NCBI RefSeq assembly: GCF_009914755.1
Contig: NC_060927.1
Reading direction: 5' to 3' (one strand)
DNA length: 64,000 nucleotides
Origin: the human T2T-CHM13v2.0 reference genome, Homo sapiens
The position numbers were made by a program, and so were the translations under genes. The notes beneath the pieces are model-generated. The model was given only the letters and a program-made list of their open reading frames with translations, did not search any database and was not told the origin of the DNA. Shown in pieces: positions 1 through 15,786 of this stretch (within the stretch, counting starts at the first letter, position 1; each line of letters opens with the position of its first letter).

Positions 1-2385
<2,385 letters not shown>

Positions 2386-5069
2386 GATATTTAAAAGGAA
2401 TGTTTTTAATATTAAAAAATAGAAATTGGGATTTTTTAATGCATAGATCTCTTCTTTTAACCAGCCTTTTTGAATCCTTTAAACTGTAAGATATTTGTTT
2501 AATAAGTTAATAGACTAGGAAGCAATATTTTAAATAATAGCAAGCCTTTGGAAACTCACTATTTAGCAGGAATACTTAAGATTTTTAAAACAAAGAAATG
2601 TATCATCTTCTTTTTATCACATTCACAGACTAGCTATGTTCGCCTACCTAACACAATAAGATATAAATGAGATGAAGAATATATTATACATTTTCATTTA
2701 AACAAAGCTTTTTATTTTTGTCATTCTATTAACCATGGTTTGTGAAATGATAGATTGTGGACTAAGAGAAATAATATATTATTCAGATTAACCTTACTTT
2801 CCATGAGCTTCTGCATTAATAATCAGGTTTTAATATAAGTATTACATTTGACTGACATACACTATCATTTTGTTCATAGTTAACATACTGCACAAAAGTG
2901 AAGATGTGAGAGATTCTTCTGAAGGATTGATTGCAGACAAAAATAATTCCTAGGAGAGAAACAAAGGAGAATATAATTTCCCTGACTTAGCTATTTTTTC
3001 TTTTAATTGTAAAAAACTGTACATGCCTAGTGCTTATACAATTCTGAATTTAAAAGAACGATTTTTAAACCACATATCTGGCATTATTTATTGGTGATCT
3101 CTCTAAATCAATGCTTGATTCCAAAGATATGTAGATTCATTTTGTGAATATAATCAGTATATTTGATGCACATTGCTTATCCTACTGCGTTGACCTAAGT
3201 GGAGGGTAAGAGCATGGCCTTCATAAAAATCATAAATTACTGAGTCACAAAAAGTCATGTAGTAACAAAATTCATGGATTTCCTTCTTATTTGGGACCTT
3301 ATTTGGAAGGCACTCAATTATTAACAGCCCCATCTAATGACAAAATCTATTTGTTTAGCTGTTTGATTTGAAATATTAAGCTTTTTCCACCTAAAATCAA
3401 TTACCAGACAAAAGTTAATTCAGGATTCACTTTAGTCTTTTTGTCGTTTACTATTATTCTCATATTAATAAATAACTAATATTAAGAAAGTACATCATTA
3501 TTACAACATCAATATATTCACCCATAGTTATATTCACTCTAGATACTGTTAATCATATATGTATGCAATTAATTAAATCACCTACAAAATAGTATGCTCA
3601 CCAGAAAGCCATGATGAATCAGTCCTCAGATTTTATTTTAATAATAACTACAACACTGTGTATAATTGAAATTCTCTCCAAGTGAACAAACTGACACAAT
3701 CATTCATGCATTCTTACTGCAGCCATCAATTTAGACAAATTATAGTTATACATGGCCCAGAATGAAATGTTTAACACCATCTGTGCCCTAATGGAGAGAA
3801 AATGAAATGAACAAGCCATGTTTGAGTATGTGTTAAAATATTACACTCAAATCCCATCTGTGATCAAATTTTCTCTTCTAAAAGTTATTTCTCAACTTAT
3901 ATATTATATATTATGTATATTATGCATTTAAACAATGTAAGTTCTTCTTTATCAAGATTTTTTTCCTGGTCTTATAATTTTCATAATTGTGGGTCTAATT
4001 TCATTCTGTTATGTAAAATAAACCCCACCTTTATTTTTCCAACCCAAATGATACCAGAGGTAGCTAATATTAATGAAAGGTAGAGTGAGTAGCCGCTAAA
4101 TATCTTCTTTTAAAAATTGCCTTTATGGACTTGATGTAGTTAATAAATGATAAGAAACTATTTTGGAGAATATAATATGAATTGTCACTATGGATATATT
4201 GAGAATGTAAAATGTCTTTGGAAAAAAAAGCAAAGCAGCTGAAAATTCTACATCCTGAACAATGAATGTTAATTTTAAAAATCAGGTTTCCAAATTGATT
4301 AAAAACAAGCTGCATTAAAATTATTATGGTAAAGTTTTTGGCCTATAGAGTAAAATGAGCTGCTCTACTGAGATGGTAAGTACCAACAGAATCACCTGAT
4401 GGGGATTTTAAAAGTCCTGATAGCCCCTAATAGCACCTGTGGCCTCCTTGAATAGTGGTGAGAAAAATATTGAGAACCAATTGGTTGGAAGACTTAATTA
4501 TGGCAACCATGTTGTGTAAATTCATCAGGGACTTTGGCTTTGTCAGATTTACATTAAAAAATTCTATATGTCTGTTTCTGCCAACTAAGCTTTTGTCCAT
4601 CCCAGGCTACATATCATCCATATTCCTTCTCCTTTGCTGTAGGAATCTAAATGAAACACTTTGATCCATTAATGGAATGTAGCTGACCCAGTGCCCTCTC
4701 TGTCACAATGTTGATTCACGGCCACAACGTGCAATGGGCAGCAAGCCAGGCTGCAGATGGTGTCTAAACCCCGGTAACAGGTCATACGTGATGCTTGCTT
4801 AATGGGCTCCTCTGTCTTGAGCAAACAGATCACCCATCACAGTGGGTACGGGATTCTCGTTGTAGGAATTAGTTGCACACAATTTCCTCAGCATTCGTCA
4901 GAAAGCTGTTGGTGACCCAGATGAGGTGTTCTCTTGTAGCAAATGAAGAATCATATACTCTAATACTGGGTCACCTCCAATGCTCAGCAACCCTGGCCAG
5001 AAGAGAAGGAGATGGGGCTTCATGATTAGTGAGTATCAACCTCTGCTGGACATTTCCCCGACATGTATT

Positions 5070-5223
5070 ATTGATGTCTCATGGCATCTCAGTGAGGCGA
5101 GTATAATTACTCACAACTATGGGCACACTGATTCAGTGATTAGGCTAGGTCTCACTGGGTTGAGACTCCAGGTCTGTCTAATGTGAGCACATGTGATTTT
5201 TTCCACTTGACCACACTGCCTCC
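5070..5223 (-). mobile_element. MIR fragment
   Basis: ccaggtctgtctaat...ttccacttgaccacactgcctcc resembles the antisense MIR tRNA-derived head. Confidence 0.55.
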
Positions 5224-6149
5224 ATGTTGTTTTGGAAATTTTGCTTGCATCAATCAAAGTTCTTTCCAAAGCTTATTACCAACAGGCAACAAGGTAAATA
5301 CCTAATAAAAGTGCATTTTTTTGTCATAAAATTGTGATTTGGTACAAATGGCTGTTTTGAAAACGATGTTAGTGAATACTCATTTTATCTCTTGTATTAT
5401 CTAACATTTCATTTAAAAATTAAAGTCTTGTATATTTTGAAAGACATACAAGCCCAGGTCCTGGAGGTTAGCCGGGGTTGAATTTTGTATTTAGAGAACG
5501 TATCAGCATTCCTCAACTTTACCTAATGTAGTCTCCCAAGCCTCAAAGAATCTGAGACATTAATTTCTAGATAATTATGGGGGATTAACCACAAATGTTT
5601 ATTCCCTCTTCCTGCCCTAAAAATGATGTTAAAGTGACAGAAGAAGAATTTAAAAGGTATGTGTCAATAAGGACAAGAGCTACAGTTTTATAAGTTGAGG
5701 GAATATCAGGCAGAAGGGCTAGAATTTGAGAATCAGAGCTGAAAATGAGGCTGGGAAGCAAATAAATGAATGTCTATATATTAAACTTTTTCCATCCCGC
5801 TTTCACAATTTCAAAGACCAGCCCATAGTGTGTACTTAAAAAATAAATAGGCTGTTCTGAAATTTCACTGAGATTCTGAAACATCCTGCATGCCAGTACT
5901 ATTCACACTGCTTAATTTTGGTCTCGAGCCTGCCATGAGTTCCAGTGTGCCAGGCTTGATCAGTGGATACTTCCATCATGTATCCCTGCAGTCTGAAGAC
6001 CCTATTTGCATTTTAGCAGCTACTTTCTTGGTGGGCAAGAGCATGTATTGACTTGGTGCCAAGCTAGTTGAGAAACAGCAGGCTCATTTTTACTAAGCCA
6101 GTTTGTCCACATAAAAACATGAAATTTTCTGAGTAATAATACTAGAATG

Positions 6150-6400
6150 TCACAACAAAGTGAACTGGGTCCTGATGGCATTTCTTCTCAACCACTGGTG
6201 GATCTTAGTATAACCCTTCACTACTGGCAACTTTAGTGGCCACAACATCGTTTTACTTCATGACAGTTGCTAAATTCTGAAGATCAGAGATGTATTAATT
6301 TTCCTTGCTTTTGGAACCACATAGATGACTCTGGAATTATAGCTCTCCCTCCCCTGCCACCCCATGAAAATTGGACAAAACCTTCCAATAGCACCCAGTA
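6150..6400 (+). mobile_element. Possible very old non-LTR retrotransposon RT relic (CR1/L3-, L2- or RTE-like)
   Basis: Frame from 6168 reads GPDGISSQ...SEDQR...DDSG, then N-Y after a 1-nt frameshift. This mimics GPDG..PEDW..DPGNYRP with similar spacing. Confidence 0.35.
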
Positions 6401-6789
6401 ATTGATAGCTTCTAGAGGAGACAGTATCACCCAAATCTTGTTCACTGTAGGCAGTAGGCTCAATAATTGCTTTGGGTATGGCAAACTAACATCTTCACCT
6501 TTTTGTGAATCTACTGTCTCTGCTCTGGAAGCACACAACTGCCCTTCTGGCAGCACACCATCATCTTCAGGGACATAAAATCCAGCCCCAGGCCCCTCAG
6601 AGCCACAGAGAGAGCCACAGGGGTCCAGAACTTCTTGTGGAAGATGGTAGGAGACTTTAAAAGAACTTTTTATTGAAAAGACTTTGTTATGAGTTGGTAC
6701 AATAGTCTCTTTCATAGATACTGAGTATGGAGTTACAGTACGACTGTTATTCCCTATTCCCTAATTTAATTAAATAAACCTTAAGCAAT

Positions 6790-7110
6790 TTTTAAAATGT
6801 CTAACATATTGTCTTCAATACTATAGTAGAAAATAAATATGAATAAGTAATGACTCTTCCTTGAAGAAACTTATTAGAGATGATTAGATAAGCATCCAAA
6901 TATATATAATACAAAGTAGAGTCCAGTGCATACCATGAAATAGGTATAGATGTAATGGATGGAGATATTGCATTTTATTGGAAGGATCTGGAAAGCTTCA
7001 TAGAGGAGGACATGAAGAATGGACAGGATTTTAGTAAGTTGAAAGTTTAGGACACTATCAAAGAAGCAAATGACATGGACAAAGGCATGAAGGTAGATAC
7101 ATACAAAGTA
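6790..7110 (-). mobile_element. L2 3' fragment
   Basis: ggaaagcttcatagaggagg...gacatggacaaaggcatgaagg is typical antisense L2. Confidence 0.6.
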
Positions 7111-8351
7111 TTGTCTTAGGAGTTACTAGCTACCATGAAAACTATATTAATTTTTTCAGCCCCCAACAGCTGTCAAAATATTATTTAGGTCGCTTTGATT
7201 CCTCATTTGCATTTTAATTCAACCATCTCTGACCTTTCTGTCAGAGAAACATTTATTTCTCCTTTTAGTTCCAGCAAGGAAGGTAAAACTTGAAGACATT
7301 GTAATTTGGGAGTATAATGTAAATGTGAATTTTTTATTTGTATCTACTTTCTGTGAAAGAGTTTGGAATATACTAGGACATCTTTATTTTCCATGGTGAC
7401 TTAAAAGATGTCTGTTTTAATGATATAAAGATCATAATAACTGCAATCTCTTTGATTATCCTTGCCCACTATATAACATGTAATGGTCCTTAATTGCACT
7501 CCTTGTCAAATGAAAAAGTATTATACAAAGGAAGTGATACAGCCTGTGAACTGGTAAGTGTAGGAACTTTGTGAATTGTTCCACAGTGCGGAAGCATCCT
7601 TAATGAATCTTTGCTCACTGCTTTATCTGCCTTATTTTGAAAATGCAGTCTATGACTTACTTTTTTCTTTGACTGTGGGATGAAGTGATTACTCTTCTTC
7701 AAAGTTACCAAGTAATTAATACCATAGAATTGTTTGCACATAACTCTGAAGAAAAATCCTGAACATATCATCTGAATTATTGACAGATGGGTTTCAGAAA
7801 AGAAATTTAATTAAAGGAAAATTTATATAAAATATTAGGTCAATGTGCAGGCACATGGGAGCTGAGACAATGCTAGTCTTGAGACTGCCACATATGCTAA
7901 TGCACTGTTAAATTCTAGGGAATGGCATTCATGTGATAGTCTAATGGAGGGAATGAAATTTCTGTTGCTGGGTAGTGCACAACCTCCATGGCCATACAAG
8001 GCAGCCCTGTCCATTCTTTGGGTTTTCTTTTGTTTTGCTTATTGTGGCTGAAGAGTCTCTTTGCCAAGTTTCCCTGTGTTTGTCTTCTGTCTTTCCTCTG
8101 GCTCTTACTTTTCCTAGAGCATGGCAATGGGATTCATTGGCAGCTCTGTTATCTTGGGCTGTCTTCAGCTGTGTCCTTGACTCCCTAGATTACACTGAAC
8201 ACTGGCATTCATATACCCACAGTCTTTGTTAAGAATTAGTAGGGAAAATTTCTCTGTGTTGCCATTTTTTTTTCTTCTGGATGTCAAGGTCTTCCCCTGT
8301 CTATGAGTTTTTATTCAGGGAGAATCGTATTTTGTCTTTTCATCCTTGTAT

Positions 8352-8514
8352 TAGGGTGACTATATATTGTCCAATCAGAGACACTTTGAGATATATGGTC
8401 ATCCTAATATAAAGGCACAAAAAGCAAACGTGATTGTCTCAAAAGGAGCTCTTGCTAATAGCACTGGAATACCAAGTATAAACTGGGACTTTTCTGGGGA
8501 CTTTGGGTCATCTA
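8352..8514 (+). mobile_element. MER81-like hAT-Blackjack MITE with internal inverted insertion
   Basis: TIRs tagggtgac...gggtcatcta; internal gacactttgaga and aaactgggact. Confidence 0.7.
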
Positions 8515-9614
8515 ATCTCTGACCCTTTTTCTTACAACTGATATGCAGTAGATTTATACCATAAAGGGCAGATACTAGAGTTTTGGAATATTTTCATTCA
8601 GTAAGTAAATAGTCATTGTCCTGTTTTCCCCAAGTGTGCCCTCACCACTGTGGCTCCTACTCTACAGATCTCCTTACTGTCTAGCATCTAATCTGGCAAC
8701 CTGTAGCATGGTTGGAGGATTCTAGGCCCCTGCACAGGGGCTGAGGTTGGCATCTGATAAGGACATGTGCTATACCAGTTACTAAATAATGTTGATATTA
8801 CCCTAGTCATTTTCTATCTATCTACAAAGCCCCACTTTTCTCTGTAACTTTGTCATTCTATTAAGGTCTAGTCCCAGGACTGTGAAGACACTCAAGCGTT
8901 AGTTTGCTGTTTCATTCCTACATACATGTGAGCCATATCCAATTTGCTAGGAGTTATTTGTGTACATATAATAAATACCAAGCTATTTTTTGATGCAAGG
9001 AGAAGGTATTTGATTTTGTTATTAACATCACAGAACTGCAGTATGATTAAATTTACTGTAAGCAAGCAGCTTTGAAAAAAGAGCTCTGTCTCTTGTCACA
9101 ATCTCAGCATTGTAGAAGATTGTTTCTGTCTGTGATTCTACTCCCCTGACTGGAATGTGGAGAAGATGACTAGTTATATAAATAAGATTAGAAAAACTAG
9201 AGGAGTGTTTCAAAGAAGCACTAAAACAGATAATGTTTAGATAACTAAAAAGAAGTTAGAAAACTATTGTGTCTTTTGCTTAAAAATCATATACCAAAAT
9301 ATTTTCAGTTATTGGGTCAAATTAAGATCTTCCCAGGAGCAATAGAGGAAAAGAAAAAAAATGAGATGAAACAAAAAACTCCCCTTTTTAGGAGCATTAA
9401 TTTTAAAAAAGGATGAAATACTCCCCTCCCATAGGGCAAGTGTGAATTGAAGGATGAGCTCTAGATCAAAAGTTGATATTTTCATGGCTTTATATTAATG
9501 TGAGATCTGAAATTTTTAAAATGCTAAGAGGCAATTGACAAAAGCTTCTTTGGGAAGTTGGTATCTTTTTTTGTAATGCACAGAACTAAATAAGGGGAAG
9601 ACAGAAGGTCTAGG

Positions 9615-9840
9615 GATGTGGTGAAGCTGTGGAAAGAGCATTATAATCTAGAGTCAGGAAGGCCTGGGTTCAAATCCCAATTCTGCCCTTTGGTAACTAA
9701 TGTCTGTGTAGAATGACTTCCTCATCTTAGAACAACATAAATATTCCTTTCCCTATGAACTTGTTGTCAGCATTTAGCAATTTAATGTAGGCAAAATACC
9801 TACTACCAACCCTACTCCATAGTAAACACTTAATAAATCT
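9615..9840 (+). mobile_element. MIR
   Basis: gtggaaagagcattataatctagagtcaggaaggcctgggttcaaatccc head, then cttcctcatc core, and a taaacacttaataaat end. Confidence 0.8.
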
Positions 9841-10619
9841 GCACTTTAGAATCTGGAATATTTTGATGCAAACTGCAGAAACTAAGGAGTAGCCTAAGGC
9901 AAAGAGAAAGGAAGGGTCAGTGTGACCTGAAAACTGGATGGGTCTGTATATGTCAAGGTCTGTGGAGTGTGTGGAGAGCTGAAAGAAGAGTACGCAATAT
10001 AGGAAGCAGAAAGAATGAAGCTAGGGCTTGTTGAAGAGATATCAGCAGCTGATTTCATTTATCAAGTTAAGATCAGAAAGCAACCTGGCTTATACATGAT
10101 GGCCTTGCTTCTCTGAGACTCAAAAAGAGACTTGTGGCAATTTCTGGACCTAGAATGAAAAGAAAGGCATACTGTTAGAATTATTGTGCCCCGTGGGTCA
10201 GTTTATAGCCTTGTTGGGTTTATAGCCTTGAAGTTCATAGACTCCCGGGGGAGCTCTAATTGTGCTTCAGGAGGCTTTTTGAGCCTCCTGAAATTGAGTG
10301 CAAAATTTGGTACATATTTGTATTTTCTGGGAACAGGTTCCATTGCTTTTTTCAGATTCAACAAGTTTCTGATTTCTGATTCTTCTGGTTCTGGTAGTTA
10401 ACTCCCCAGTACTCATTTCATAGCTTGCACATCGTATGTCAGCAATATATTTTTGAGAATTAATATCAGTTTTGGGGGAGCATACTTGATCTAAGGGTAA
10501 CTCCATGCTCTTTTGCAAAATTTGCTTCAAATTCAGAAAGAATAGATGAATAAACCTGATGTACCCATCACCCAGCTTTTCCCCTTCACCCTTGAGAGAG
10601 AAAAGCTGCCCTTCCTCCA

Positions 10620-10880
10620 AATGCACATGTCTGAGGAAGCATTTGGCCCAGCCTGGAAACCAGCCTACAATATGAGATGAGGAATCTGACACTGTGGGTG
10701 TAAGAGCAAAGAGAGGAAAAGAACTAGAATCTTCATGACATTGTTGAGCCACTGGTTCAACAATGTTCTGAAGCCTGGACTATGTCTGGGCTTCCTCTCC
10801 TGTGAGCTAATAAATGTTCTTATTTAAATAAGCTTGAATAAGGTTTTATGTCACTTGCAACCAAGCGTATCCGATTAGTC
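10620..10880 (+). mobile_element. Old ERVL/MaLR LTR 3' part (MLT1K/L- or LTR16-like)
   Basis: gacattgttgagccactgg...gtgagctaataaatgttc...gtcacttgcaaccaa terminal motif. Confidence 0.6.
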
Positions 10881-11939
10881 CCCAAAGTTTGAAAGCCAAT
10901 GGTTTACACTGCATTAAAAAAGAGACATCTTAGCGAATGCTTAAATGAACTGATCAGGGTTTAAAAAGTATTTCAGCATAACTAGATAATATGATGTATT
11001 TGTGTACTTTACCTCATCTACAGTACTTAAATAACTAGCTTTTCTCTCTGAGGTAGTTGTAGGAGTGCCCCAAACCCTTTCATAGTGGTAAGAGAATAAA
11101 AGAGCACTACCATTTAAAAGAAGGAAGAGTGGGAAAGTTAGAGTGTGTATGTGTGAGGTTTTTAGTTATGCAGTGTATACATTTTATGGAATCACAACAG
11201 TTCAGAAAAGCTGAGGCATACAAAAAATGTAATTGAGAGGGTCTCTGTCTCAAGACATCACTGGGGAGGGAGATGTCTGCTTTTAGGTCTTGATCTATGG
11301 TGCCACTGGCTAGCCTTTTGATCTAGAAGTGATCCTTCTGTTTTGGTGTTTGCCATTGGTGATTGTAGTGCTCCAGCTGCATTGGCAACGGTATGGTGTG
11401 TGGACAACAACCCAACTCATGCTCTACCCCTGCCTCTACCACCTGCAAAGACACAAATCCAAATCCAAACTTTAGTGGTGTACTATCTACCCTGGATCTT
11501 ACTGACATGCATTCCTTGTCCAGACTGCACAGCCCTAAATAGGCATATCATCTTGCTTTATCTCCAGAGGACTCTCCCGAAACCCCACTCAGAACCCACA
11601 GGTACTTTCAAATGCTCTCTATACCACTTTAGGTTATGAACAACTTGGGAGGATGAGGAGGATAATCTGTAGCCCTCTCATGGCTAGATCTGCTGTGCTG
11701 CTATCTCTATAGACCCCACTATGACTATGTGAAGGTGCTTCTTCCAACATTTCAGACAGAAAGCTAGGCAAATGTCTACTCTACTCTTGGAACTCAAAGA
11801 GAAACCTGGGAGGAATTCTGTGAGTCTGTTCTTGCTACTATACTGTTTGCCTTTTTATCAATCACTCAGGTTACTGCATAGACAGCATAGTATTCTAGTC
11901 TGCAGAAGATACAATGCTGGGAGAAATAGCTGAACACAA

Positions 11940-12155
11940 AATAATAGCCGGAAACACTTGTCTAGTGCTCACTATATCCACTCTTCTATGTGATTTGCAT
12001 AAATTAGTTCATTTGATTCTTATTTCACAGATGAGGAATGGTGTATTGAGACATCAAGTCACTTGCCCAAGGCCACATAGCAAGGAAATGATAGAGTTAA
12101 GTTTTGAGCCCGAGTAGACTGGATCTAAAGTACAAGCTCTTAATCATTATGTATT
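11940..12155 (-). mobile_element. MIR
   Basis: atttcacagatgaggaa...gtcacttgcccaaggccacatagc...gctcttaatcattatg. Confidence 0.85.
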
Positions 12156-12269
12156 GAAGGCCTTTAGCATGATCTAATAGAATGGATTCTTTAGATTTCC
12201 TAAAACAAGGGATAGAAAATGACAGTGGGAAGGGGGTGACTATTTAGTGGTCTGTATAAAAAAGAACAA

Positions 12270-12815
12270 GGCTTTTTAGTTGGTCGTAATCTGGATTTGA
12301 ACAGCAGATAAGTAAGCTGCTCCTAAGAAGGAAGCAGTCTTCTGACCAAAAAAACTATGGTTCAGGAGACAGAAAGTGAATATTTTATCATACTCTAACT
12401 ACTTTGACCCATAGGACTATGCTGGAATACTTTAAGTCTGGTGTCGGAGTTCATGATGAATTTTGTCAGGCTCAAGAGGTCTAGGACATTTGCCAACATT
12501 TTCTTCAGTCCAGTGACCACTTCTCATGACGGGAGACAAAAGCTTGGCAAAGAGGTCATGTAATGCCAGCTTTCAGATATTCCAAGAATCATCATAAGGA
12601 AGAGGCATAGATTGTGAGGTTACAGAGTTAATATCTTAAGATCAGAAACAATCATCTAAATACTCAAAGTCTTCAAAATGTTCAAAGACAATAGTCAAGG
12701 CTACCTCATTAAGTAGTGAGCTCTCAGGCAATAGAAGGTTCAAGTATTTGAATCACGATTTGTTGAACACCCTATTTGTTGGAAAATTATATCAATTAGA
12801 ATACCATTCCAACAA
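12270..12815 (+). mobile_element. L3/CR1 LINE 3' fragment
   Basis: ctggaatactttaagtctgg, gctttcagatattccaagaatcatcataaggaagagg, ggctacctc...gtagtgagctctc...gttcaag and ccattccaac follow the L3 3' consensus in order. Confidence 0.65.
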
Positions 12816-13774
12816 GACTGTTTTAAGAATCTTTACAAAGATAGGTTAGGCCCCCCAAAATGTGTCTCACACAGTTGTTAACTAGAAAATACCAAATTAG
12901 TATAGGCTTTTCAAAACTCTTATTAGTACATACTGACGGGCAATATTACAAACAAAATATGAAAGAATAATATTTATGATGAAACATATAAACTGCTTAA
13001 TATGCATTTTGGAAAAATGTTGGAAACTCAATTTCAGATGAATGTTTTCCTGCCACTTTACTGTTTTTGAGTGCTGTCTTTGGGGAAATATTGCAATAAA
13101 TAAAAGTGGGAAAGTTAAGTGGCTGAGCACCCTGTCAAGATGCCCTGTACAGCAAGTGCACTTGTGATAAGTGCAGAAGGGAGAAAAGGTTAATGTAATC
13201 AGAGAAATGCGTTCTGGGTCACCCTAAAGAACATGTCTTGTGAGTCATCTGTGTTCACATTTCTTTGAACTTTGTCTATCCTAACGGAGATGAAGCAATT
13301 ACATAGACATAATGTCTTACCCTTTTAGTACAATGCATTCCGCATTCCTCAATCCATTCATCATCATCAGTGATATTTGTATTCAATGCTGTCATGCAGA
13401 GCTAGCTGCCAACAATTATTAAAAAGAAAGCCATAAGGTCATACATTTAGGAGATAAAGCAAAACCAATTATTACAATGTGTACTATGAAGACATCAATC
13501 CATTAAGGGGAAAAATCACTAAGCTCCTCAAAGATACTTTTGCATCAAGGATTATCTTGTATTCAGAGACCTAAAGTAAATGAAGTGATTATCTGTCACT
13601 TGTAGTTCCTCCTCTCTGAAATGAAATCCACAATGACTGTAGCATTGCTGCATAGCAACTTCCCTCTCTCTTTTTGCTCACCATTTTACCTATATTCTCA
13701 CTGGTTAATTTCTCTGGACTTTCCTTATTACCTGCTTTTATCCTTCAAAAGCAAACAATAAAAATATTCTCAGA

Positions 13775-14083
13775 GGCCAGGTGTGGCAGTTCGTGCCTGT
13801 AATCCCAGCACTTTGGGAGGCCATGGTGAGAGGATTATTTGAGCCCAGGAGTTTGAGACTGGCCTGGGAAACATGGCGAAACCCTGTCTCTACAAACAAT
13901 ACAAAAATTAGCTGGGCGTGGTGGCATGTGCCTGTGGTCCCAGCTACTCAGGAAGCTGAGGTGGGAAGATCACCCAGGTCCAGGAGGTGGAGGCTGCAGT
14001 GAGCTGAGATCGCACCACTGCACTCCAGCCTGGGTGACAGAGCAAGACCCTGACTCAAAAAACAAAACAAACACAAAAGAAAC
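13775..14083 (+). mobile_element. AluJ (Jb-like)
   Basis: ggattatttgagcccaggag, gaggctgcagtgag and agaccctg diagnostics; degenerate A-tail. Confidence 0.93.
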
Positions 14084-14194
14084 TTTAAGATTTCATTACT
14101 AGAAATATTTGATGTAGCAAGTGTCCTGTCTGCCACAGTGTTAGTACTATTCTTCCCAGCTTCTTAGACAAAGAAAGGGGCTGTTTTAAATATA

Positions 14195-14397
14195 TGTATT
14201 TTCTTTTCTCTTTCTTCTCTTTTACATCTCCTTTCTCCCCCTTCCTCCTCCTCCCCTTCTCCTCATGCCCCACTCATCTTCCGCCTTCCTTTCTCTCCTC
14301 TTCTCCTTCTTCTTCTCTTCCTACCTGCCCCTCCTCTTCTTTCTCCTTTCCTCTCCTCCTTCTCTTCCTCATCCAACTTCTGCCTCTCCCCACTCCA
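14195..14397 (+). repeat. CT-rich polypyrimidine low-complexity tract
   Basis: About 200 bp made almost entirely of C and T (ttctcc/cctcctc units). Confidence 0.9.
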
Positions 14398-14464
14398 TGA
14401 TTACCTTCAAAATGAAGTTGTTGATCCGAATCAGTTTTCCGATGCCACTAATAAAATAGCATGT

Positions 14465-14638
14465 ACATAGTGCTTGCTATTTGCAGAGCAGTGTTCTAAA
14501 GGCATTACATATATTGACTGATTTAATCTTCTCAACAACCCTAGGAGATAGGCAGTACTGATAAATCCTTTCATAGAAGAAAAACTGAAATATCAAGAAG
14601 TTACATAATTTGCCATTTGTCATATGGCTAATGAGGTC
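14465..14638 (-). mobile_element. MIR, interrupted by THE1 LTR
   Basis: atttaatcttctcaacaaccctaggagatagg...gaaaaactgaaa...gaagttacataatttgcc; the element resumes after 14995. Confidence 0.8.
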
Positions 14639-14990
14639 TGATATGGTTTGGCTCTGTGTCCCTACCCAAATCTCACCTTGAATTGTAATAATCCCCATGT
14701 TTTAAGGGTGGGATCAGGTGGAGATAATTGAATCACGGATGCGGTTTTCCCCCGGCTGTTCTCATGATACTGAGTGAGTTCTCACGAGATCTGATGGTTT
14801 TAAAAGGGGCTTTCCTTCACTCGGCTCTCATTCTCTCTGCTGCTGCCTTGTGAAGAGGTGCCTTCTGTGATTGTAAGTTTCCTGAGTCCTCCCTAGCCAT
14901 GTGGAACTGAGAGTTAATTCAACCTCCTTCTTTTATGAATTTCCCAGTCTCAGGTATTTCTTCATAGCAGCTTGAGAACAGACTAATACA
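14639..14990 (+). mobile_element. THE1 (THE1C-like) solo LTR, ERVL-MaLR
   Basis: TG...CA termini (tgatatggtttggctctgtgtcc ... gactaataca); perfect 5-bp TSD aggtc at 14634-14638 and 14991-14995. Confidence 0.93.
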
Positions 14991-15489
14991 AGGTCTGAGC
15001 ATAGCACTGTGATTGAAAGGCCATGCCTGAACCATTAATATGCACCACTCCTCTAACTCTAGGGTCTTCCAGAGCAGCGATTTCCTTAGAGGCTAAGGAA
15101 GAAGGAAATTAACATATACTGATTGCCTAATTTATCCCAGGCCCTCCCACGTGTTGTATAGCTAGATCTCTGCAACAATACTACAAATCAGGCATTATTA
15201 TCTCTGCTTCACAAACAAAGTTAAAAACATTGTCCAATGTCACGCTGTGAGCCACAAAAACAGATTTTCATGTAGCTGATTCTGTAAGGTACCCTCTTTG
15301 GAACATACTAGAGTATGGCCTGTAACTAGAGATGCAATGAGTAGCCTTTACCTGAGGCCTCATCTTTGGCATTATCTTCATGCTCTGATATTTGTGTCTA
15401 AATAACCTCTTGGATACTCTAGAAGACTTGAACTACCTAGTCAAGGCTGCATCTGCCTCCTTTAACCTGGTCTTAAGAATTTATTGTCT

Positions 15490-15773
15490 GGCCATGGTGG
15501 CTCACGCCTGTAATCCCAGCACTTTGGGAGGCCACGGCGGGCAGATCACCTAACGTCAGGAGTTTGAGACCAGCCTGGCCAACATGGGGAAACCCCATCT
15601 CTACTAAAAATACAAAAATTAGCTGGGAATGGTGATGTGCATCTATAATCTCAGCTACTCTGGAGGCTGAGGGAGAATTGCTTGAACCCAGGAGGCAGAG
15701 GTCACAGTGAGCCGAGATCGCACAAATGCACTCCCACCTGAGCGACATGGCGAGACTCCATCTCAAAAAAAAA
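15490..15773 (+). mobile_element. AluSx-like
   Basis: gatcacct...gtcaggagtttgagaccagcctggccaac; flanked by aagaatttatt on both sides. Confidence 0.93.
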
Positions 15774-15786
15774 GGGAAGAATTTAT

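Noticed and set aside
5860-5990. Minus-strand HTGTHGRLETKIKQCE*YW resembling a Gypsy integrase H2C2 motif
   Set aside because: No CxxC or DDE core follows, so the resemblance is too weak.
6284-6715. 143-aa minus-strand ORF
   Set aside because: No recognisable domain or splice context. It overlaps the putative RT relic on the opposite strand and is probably chance.
10267-10752. 161-aa minus-strand ORF
   Set aside because: It starts within an old LTR and shows no recognisable homology.
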